The notes under the pieces were generated by a model, which was not told where the DNA came from, made no database searches, and worked only from the letters and a program-made list of their open reading frames with translations. From an uncultured Planctomycetaceae bacterium (GTDB lineage: Bacteria > Planctomycetota > UBA1135 > GCA-002686595), in contig CAYHRR010000008.1 in assembly GCA_964358875.1 (NCBI GenBank), forward strand, positions 1-21,228: a stretch of 21,228 nucleotides of DNA, read 5' to 3'. The position numbers and the translations under genes are program-made. Positions within the stretch are counted from its first letter, which is position 1. Each line of letters begins with the position of its first letter. Shown here in pieces: positions 16,026 to 21,228 of the stretch.

Positions 16026-16094
16026 CCTCCCTTTGACTTCCCAGGGGGGAAGGTCCGGCTCGCTCGTATGGCCCCCCCGGGCATGCGCTCGAGC

Positions 16095-16125
16095 CGCGAG
16101 GTCTTGCGACCTCGCGCGTGTTTTT
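16095..16125 (+). terminator. Intrinsic-terminator-like hairpin plus T5 on the plus strand, inside a 660-bp non-coding region
   Basis: A 9-bp stem cgcgaggtc / gacctcgcg has loop ttgc and is followed by cgtgTTTTTac. Confidence 0.5.
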
Positions 16126-16569
16126 ACGGCATCTGGCGCGTTGCACGTTAGGAAATCATCCAAAACGTTTCAGACGCGAAACGTCACACGGGTGCCGTCC
16201 GGCGCCTGTGGCTTGGTCGCTTCACGAGGTAGGAGCAGCGTCGGTGTTCGCGCTCCGCGCGCTGCCTTCAATCTGCGCGGCGCCACCGGGATCGCGGCGC
16301 GTTGGCTGTACCGAATCGTCGGCGTTGGCCACCGAAGCTCGCGCCGGCCGGCGTGCGCGAGCACGAGCTCGGGCGAGGCCGCGTCGCGTGTCCAGTCTCC
16401 GAGCGCGCTCGAGGAGCTCGACCTACGCAGCGCTCCGAACCGTCCTCAGTGACGCACGCCGCGGCACCGGTGAATCCTCACGCGCGCGCGGTCGCTACGA
16501 GCGCGCCGCGCGAGCTGCGCGTGGTGCCGCAGCCTCGACCTTGGTACCTGACACGCACCAACGCGTGCC

Positions 16570-17643
16570 ATGAGGGTCTCCGACTTCGATTTCGAACTTC
16601 CCGAGCGAGCCATTGCTCAGGTCCCCGCAACGCCGCGCGATGCGGCGCGCTTGCTGGTGCACGACATCGAGCGCGATGCGACGGAGCACGCGCACGTTTC
16701 GGGTCTCGCCGACAGGCTGCGCAGCGGCGACCTGTTGGTCGTCAACGACACGCGCGTCCGACGCGCACGCTTGATCGGCAAGCGCGCGAGCGGCGGTGCG
16801 GTGGAGTTTTTGCTGCTCGAGCAACGCGAGGCAGGTCTGTGGCGCGTGCTCGCGCGTCCCGCGGCAAAGCTCCGCATCGACGAGCGCATCGAACTCGAAT
16901 CCGGGCACTTGGCGGCGCGCATGCATGCGCGCATCGGCGCGAGCCCTGAGTGGTGGATCGAGTTGATCGATCCCGCTGCGGGCACCGATGCGCTCGACGT
17001 ACTGATCGAGCGCTACGGACGCGCGCCGTTGCCGCCCTACATACGCCGAGAGCGCGGCGCCGATCCGCTGCGCGACGACGATCGCGAGTCCTACCAAACG
17101 GTGTTCGCGCGCGAACTCGGCGCCGTCGCCGCGCCGACGGCAGGACTGCACTTCACGCCGGAGTTGCTCGCGCGACTGGCTGCGCGCGGAATCGAGCGGG
17201 CGTCCGTGACCCTGCATGTCGGCGAAGGCACGTTCAAGCCGGTCGCCGTGGAGGACACGCGCGACCACGCGATGCACTCCGAGCGCTACACGTTGCCGCT
17301 CGCGACCGTGGACGCGATTGCACGCTGCCGCGCGCGCCACGGACGTGTCGTCGCCGTGGGCACGACCTCGGTGCGCGTGCTCGAAAGCTGCGCGGACGCG
17401 AGCGGCGTCGTGCACGCAGGGGCCGGCGAAACGCGCTTGTTTCTCGAGCCCGGCGCGCCGTTCCGCGTCGTCGACGTGCTGATGACGAACTTCCACTTGC
17501 CGCGCAGCACGCTGCTGATGTTGGTCAGCGCCTTCGCGGGCCGCGAACGCGTGTTGCGCCTCTACGGCGAGGCCCTGGCCCAGGGCTACCGCTTCTACAG
17601 CTACGGCGACGCGCTGCTCTTGAGCGGCCGCGCGCGCGACTAA
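16570..17643 (+). CDS. queA: S-adenosylmethionine:tRNA ribosyltransferase-isomerase QueA
   Basis: The N-terminus MRVSDFDFELPERAIAQVPATPRDAARLLV is the canonical QueA start (LSDFDFxLPxELIAQxP...RDxSRLLV). The motifs GRAPLPPYIRRE, AAPTAGLHFT, VGTTSVRVLES and LMTNFHLPRSTLLMLVSAF are all present. Confidence 0.9.
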   Translation: MRVSDFDFELPERAIAQVPATPRDAARLLVHDIERDATEHAHVSGLADRLRSGDLLVVNDTRVRRARLIGKRASGGAVEFLLLEQREAGLWRVLARPAAKLRIDERIELESGHLAARMHARIGASPEWWIELIDPAAGTDALDVLIERYGRAPLPPYIRRERGADPLRDDDRESYQTVFARELGAVAAPTAGLHFTPELLARLAARGIERASVTLHVGEGTFKPVAVEDTRDHAMHSERYTLPLATVDAIARCRARHGRVVAVGTTSVRVLESCADASGVVHAGAGETRLFLEPGAPFRVVDVLMTNFHLPRSTLLMLVSAFAGRERVLRLYGEALAQGYRFYSYGDALLLSGRARD

Positions 17644-18347
17644 CGCGCCAACAGGTCGCGCATCAGCCGCGCCGCGCCCGCCGGATCCGTGGACTCGAGG
17701 ATGGCCGACGAAACGGCGGCGCGCCCGAGCTCCGCGAGTTCCTCGACTTCCAACACACCGATCCCGCCGATCGGGAACACGGGCAGCGCCGTGACCTGTT
17801 GAGCGATCCAAGCGGCGTCGGCGCCGAGACCCTTGGTGTAGCCCTTGGTCGACGTCGCGCGGATCGGACCGAATCCCAGGTAGTCGATCGGCGCGTCGAA
17901 CGCCGCCGCGACCTGGGCGTTCGAATGCGTCGACAAACCGATCAGCGCGTCGGCACCCAGGACTTCGCGCGCAACGTGCGGCGGCGTGTCGTTCTGGCCG
18001 ACATGCACGCCGGCCAGCCCGCGCTCGAGCAAACACTTCGCCACGTCGACGCGATCGTTCGCCAGCACCAGCGGACGCGCCTCGCCGAGCTGGGCCGCGA
18101 GGTCGAGCACGCGCACGCTCCAATCGAACGAGGCGCGCGCGCTGGTCGTCGCGAGCGCGCGTGAGTCGGAGCGCTGCGGATCGAGATCGCGATCCGCCGG
18201 CTTCGGACGCACTTGCACGAGGTCAACCCAGGGCAAGGCCGCTTCGAGCGCGGCCAAGGGGTCGCGCGTCGTGATGCGTTCCGGCGTGAAGATCAAGTAC
18301 AGGCGCGCCGCGGCGAGGCGACGGCGCAGTTCGGCGGACGAAAACAC
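17640..18347 (-). CDS. thiE: Thiamine-phosphate synthase ThiE
   Basis: The N-terminus is LYLIFTPE. Further motifs are DLVQVRPK, LVLANDRVDVAKCLLERGLAGVHVGQND, IGLSTHS, YLGFGPIRATSTKG and LPVFPIGGIG. The start is a GTG at 18347, and there is a 4-nt tail-to-tail overlap with queA. Confidence 0.85.
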   Translation of the reverse strand: MFSSAELRRRLAAARLYLIFTPERITTRDPLAALEAALPWVDLVQVRPKPADRDLDPQRSDSRALATTSARASFDWSVRVLDLAAQLGEARPLVLANDRVDVAKCLLERGLAGVHVGQNDTPPHVAREVLGADALIGLSTHSNAQVAAAFDAPIDYLGFGPIRATSTKGYTKGLGADAAWIAQQVTALPVFPIGGIGVLEVEELAELGRAAVSSAILESTDPAGAARLMRDLLAR

Positions 18348-18551
18348 GGGCTCACGCTAGCGCGCGCGGCGTGCGTGCGCAGCGCGGTATTCGAACTGCG
18401 GACGAGGCGACGACGCATTGCGCACAGCGCGCGCGGACGGCATCGACCTGAGGCCGCGCCGCGAAGGGCGAACGTTCAGCGCTGAATCGGCGCCGCACTC
18501 GAACGCGCGCGCTGCGCCGCTAGCCTCCGCGAGCCCTTAGACTCTGCCGCG

Positions 18552-20207
18552 ATGATCTCGTTCGTGACGATCGCAGCACTCCTTCAAGCTCAAGCTCCGA
18601 GCGCGCCTCGCACGGTGTTCGTCGACGACCTCGGTGCGCTCGACGGCGTGATGACGACCTGCGGGACGCGCGCGAAGAACTACATCATCGAAGTCAACGG
18701 CGGCGGGCTCGCGCTGGCGGACTTCGACGCGGACCAGGACCTCGACCTCGTCGTCGTCGACGGCTCGACGTTGGAGCGCGTGGCGCGCCAGGAGCCCGGT
18801 TTCCCGCCGCGCTTGTTCCTCAACGACGGCCGCGGGCATTTCGCCCTCGCCGGCGACACGTGGAGCATGGGTGCGTCGCGTTGGGGCATGGGCTGTGCTG
18901 TCGGCGATGCCGACGGCGACGGCCGGCTCGACCTCGTCATCAGCGGTTGGGGCCCCGCGCAGTTGTTCTTGAACCAGGGCGGCAAGGGCTTCGTCGACCA
19001 CACGCGCGAGGCCGGCTTCGAGGGCTCGCGCTGGGGCACGAGCGCGGCGTTCCTTGACTACGACCGCGACGGTCGGCTCGATCTCGCGGTCGTCAACTAC
19101 TTGGCCTTCGATCCGGCGACGATTGCGCCGCCAGGCGGCGGCTGCGCGTGGAAGGGCTTCCCGGTGATGTGCGGTCCCGAGGGACTCGTGCCGGTGCACG
19201 ATCAGCTCTACCGCGGCAAGGGCGACGGAACGTTCGTCAACGCAACGCTCAGCGCGCACTTCAAGCCGGAGGAAGCGGCCTTCGGGCTCGGCTGCACGAC
19301 GCTCGACTACGACAAGGACGGCGACACGGACCTGTACGTGTCGAACGATTCCACGCCCAACTTCCTGTGGGAGAACCAAGGCGACGGCACGTTCAAGGAA
19401 GTCGGGCTGTTGCGCGGCGTGAGCCACGACATGAACGGCAAGGAGCAGGCCGGGATGGGCATCGCGGTCGGCGACGTCAACGGCGACGGACGCGAGGATC
19501 TGCTCGTCACGAATTTCTCGGGAGAGAACAACGCGCTGTACCTCTCGAAGGGCGCGACCGGTTTCGTCGAGCGCTCAGGGCAGGCAGGCCTCGGCGGCCC
19601 GAGCATTCCTGATCTCGGCTGGGGCACGGCCTTGATCGACGTCGACCTCGACGGCGATCTCGACAACTTCGCCTTCAACGGCCACGTCTATCCGCAGGCC
19701 GACCAACCGGGCACCGATACGAGCTACGCGCAGACTTCGCGCCTGTACCGCAACGACGGTCAAGGGAAGTTCACTGCGGAGCCTTTGTTCGACGGTCCCA
19801 ACCGCACGATGCGAGCGTCGGTCTTCGGCGACATCGACGGCGACGGCGATCTCGATCTCGTCGCGCTCGAGCTCGATGGGCCTGTGCACGTGTTGCGCAA
19901 CGTGACGCGCAGCGCGGAGAACAGCGCAGGTCCGCACTGGCTGCGCGTCGCGTTGCGTGCGAAGCACGGCAATCGTTTTGCGCTCGGCGGAACGGTCGCG
20001 GCGCGCTGGAGCGGCGGATCGCGCAGCACGGAAATCCGCACCAGCGGCGGTTTTCAGGCGAGCGTAGCTCCCGAGGTGCACTTCGGGCTCGGTGCGGCGA
20101 CGCAGGTCGAGCGGCTCAATCTGCGTTGGCCTTCGGGCAAGCAACTCGTGCTCGACAACGTCGCCGTCGATCGCGTGCTCATCGTCGACGAACCGGAGGA
20201 CAAGTGA
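18552..20207 (+). CDS. CRTAC1-family secreted protein: seven FG-GAP/VCBS repeats (beta-propeller) plus a C-terminal ASPIC/UnbV domain
   Basis: A signal-like N-terminus (MISFVTIAALLQAQAPSAP) is followed by seven Ca-binding-like loops (DFDADQDLDL, GDADGDGRLDL, DYDRDGRLDL, DYDKDGDTDL, GDVNGDGREDL, DVDLDGDLD, GDIDGDGDLDL). The C-terminal segment HWLRVALRAKHGNRFALGGTV...EVHFGLGAATQVERLNLRWPSGKQ is typical of ASPIC/UnbV. Confidence 0.8.
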   Translation: MISFVTIAALLQAQAPSAPRTVFVDDLGALDGVMTTCGTRAKNYIIEVNGGGLALADFDADQDLDLVVVDGSTLERVARQEPGFPPRLFLNDGRGHFALAGDTWSMGASRWGMGCAVGDADGDGRLDLVISGWGPAQLFLNQGGKGFVDHTREAGFEGSRWGTSAAFLDYDRDGRLDLAVVNYLAFDPATIAPPGGGCAWKGFPVMCGPEGLVPVHDQLYRGKGDGTFVNATLSAHFKPEEAAFGLGCTTLDYDKDGDTDLYVSNDSTPNFLWENQGDGTFKEVGLLRGVSHDMNGKEQAGMGIAVGDVNGDGREDLLVTNFSGENNALYLSKGATGFVERSGQAGLGGPSIPDLGWGTALIDVDLDGDLDNFAFNGHVYPQADQPGTDTSYAQTSRLYRNDGQGKFTAEPLFDGPNRTMRASVFGDIDGDGDLDLVALELDGPVHVLRNVTRSAENSAGPHWLRVALRAKHGNRFALGGTVAARWSGGSRSTEIRTSGGFQASVAPEVHFGLGAATQVERLNLRWPSGKQLVLDNVAVDRVLIVDEPEDK

Positions 20208-21228
20208 TCGCGCTCGCGTGGGCACTCGTGTGCTTGCAGGCACCGCATTCGCCGAGCGGCATGCCGGCGCAGAGCGCGGTCGAGCGCGCACTCGCGCGCG
20301 ATCCGTCGACACTCGCGCGCGCCGAGGTCGGTCGTTGGCAAGCGTGGCGACCCGATGAGCCCGTGCCCGCGCCGATTCGCGACACGTTCACAGCGGCGGC
20401 GCGCGCCTATCAGGATGCCGACTATGGGGCCGCGCTCGAGCAGCTGTACGCAACGCTCGAGCGCGAGCCGGAGTTTCCCGCAGCGCTGTACCAGCTGGGC
20501 TCGACCTACTTTCGTTTGCGGCGCTACGGCGATTGCGCGCGCGCGCTGGAGCGCTTCGTCAGCGTCGTGCCGCGCGAAGTCGGCGCGACGCAGGCGCTCG
20601 CGCACAGCTACTACACGCTCGGTGAGTACGAGCACGCCGAAGCGCACTACCGCAAGGTGCTCGCGGCGTCGCCCAAAAGCGTCGAGGCGTGGCGTGGGCT
20701 CGGCATCGTGCTGTTCAAGCGTGGAGCGAGCAGCGCCGCACTCGAGTGTTTGGACAAGTCGTTGTCGCTACGTCCGCAACACGCCGATGCGCTGGTTTGG
20801 CGCGCGCAAGTCTTGGTCGCGCTCGAGCGGCCCATCGAGGCGCTCGACGCGGCGCAACGTGGCCGCGACCTCGCGCCCTTCGAACCGCGCGCTTGGTTCG
20901 TGCTCGCGCAGATCCTCGACGACAGCGGTCGCAGCGAGGACGCCGCCGCAGCGCGCACGCGTTTCGCCGAGTTGAATCGCATCGAGCAGGACATTCGCTC
21001 GCAAGAAGGCCTGTTGCTCCACGATCCGCAGGCCATCGCCTCGTTGCTGAAGCTCGTGCAATTGCAGCGCGCCGCGCGCAATCACGACGAAGCGCGCGCC
21101 GCACTCGCGCGAGTTCTGCGCGTGGCGCCGGACGATCTCGCAGCGCGCGTGCTCGCCCTGGAAACTGCAGCCGATTTCGCCGACACCGTCGCGGCGGCTG
21201 CAGCGGTCGAAGTGCTCGAACAGAAGTT
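20204..21228 (+). CDS. TPR-repeat protein, 3'-truncated by the window end. It is absent from the ORF track because it has no stop in the window
   Basis: A GTG at 20204 overlaps the upstream TGA (GTGA). The frame stays open to the window end with high GC3. The start VIALAWALVCLQA is signal or lipobox-like. Repeated TPR-like units are present (YQDADYGAALEQLYATLEREPEFPAALYQLGSTYFRLRRYGDCARALERF; AHSYYTLGEYEHAEAHYRKVLAASPKSVEAWRGLGIVLFK...). Confidence 0.6.
   Translation, partial: MIALAWALVCLQAPHSPSGMPAQSAVERALARDPSTLARAEVGRWQAWRPDEPVPAPIRDTFTAAARAYQDADYGAALEQLYATLEREPEFPAALYQLGSTYFRLRRYGDCARALERFVSVVPREVGATQALAHSYYTLGEYEHAEAHYRKVLAASPKSVEAWRGLGIVLFKRGASSAALECLDKSLSLRPQHADALVWRAQVLVALERPIEALDAAQRGRDLAPFEPRAWFVLAQILDDSGRSEDAAAARTRFAELNRIEQDIRSQEGLLLHDPQAIASLLKLVQLQRAARNHDEARAALARVLRVAPDDLAARVLALETAADFADTVAAAAAVEVLEQK

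Noticed and set aside
16030-16100. Possible SRP (4.5S) RNA, because of the gaaggtccgg string
   Set aside because: It does not match the conserved domain-IV sequence (AGGUCCGGAAGGAAGCAGCC context), and no compatible flanking helix was found. It remains only a generic sRNA candidate.
16141-16160. Sigma-54 promoter-like TGGCGCGTTGCA upstream of queA
   Set aside because: The GG-to-GC spacing is 6 nt rather than the required 10, so it is not a valid -24/-12 element.
16015-16452. 145-aa plus-strand ORF in the 660-bp intergenic region (also 16118-16573 and 16302-16949)
   Set aside because: Codon usage is non-genic, with many A/T-ending codons (agg, gga, gta, tct, aaa) unlike real genes here. The ORF runs through terminator-like hairpins, so the region is better explained as non-coding or structured.
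18348-18551. TPP riboswitch upstream of thiE
   Set aside because: Neither strand contains the THI-box conserved elements.
1-21228. tRNA, rRNA, CRISPR arrays, transposase or integrase genes
   Set aside because: No T-loop consensus (GGTTCGAATCC-like), no regularly spaced short repeats with unique spacers, and no recognisable recombinase motifs were seen. The only mobile-element signature is the repeat-flanked toxin-antitoxin cassette.

Overview
This is a high-GC (~70%) bacterial chromosomal window with strong GC3 codon bias. It is probably from a Gram-negative organism, since it carries a TamB-like / Omp85 pair, and the codon usage is compatible with Myxococcota-like genomes (inference only). 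All calls rest on sequence reading alone: no homology search was run, and domain assignments come from recognising conserved motifs.

Features, left to right:
- A 5'-truncated TamB-like (DUF490) gene is translationally coupled (ATGA overlap) to an Omp85/TamA-like POTRA + beta-barrel gene.
- A ~170-nt imperfect palindrome follows the Omp85 stop.
- A small membrane-anchored protein contains an internal 60-bp-period repeat.
- A HupE/UreJ-like metal permease lies on the minus strand.
- A DUF433 / DUF5615 (PIN-like) toxin-antitoxin-like pair sits immediately 3' of fabI (enoyl-ACP reductase). It is flanked by a ~52-bp, 88%-identical duplicate of the fabI 3' end, which is the signature of an inserted cassette.
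- An NfeD-like / flotillin (SPFH) operon ends in a strong intrinsic terminator.
- A tightly coupled three-gene plus-strand cluster encodes a protein with a sigma-70 region-4-like HTH, a helical protein carrying a perfect in-frame 36-bp tandem repeat (3.5 copies), and a 915-aa regulator. That regulator combines GAF-like regions, a sigma-54-activator-type AAA+ core with degenerate motifs (no GAFTGA, atypical Walker motifs) and a Fis-type HTH.
- A 660-bp gene-free, structured region has convergent terminator-like hairpins and may encode an sRNA.
- queA and thiE (minus strand) follow, with no TPP riboswitch upstream of thiE.
- A CRTAC1-type FG-GAP/ASPIC-UnbV beta-propeller protein is coupled to a 3'-truncated TPR protein.

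No tRNA, rRNA, CRISPR array or transposase was recognised. The two most novel-looking loci are the fabI-adjacent toxin-antitoxin cassette with its duplicated gene end, and the sigma-like / repeat-protein / degenerate-EBP module.
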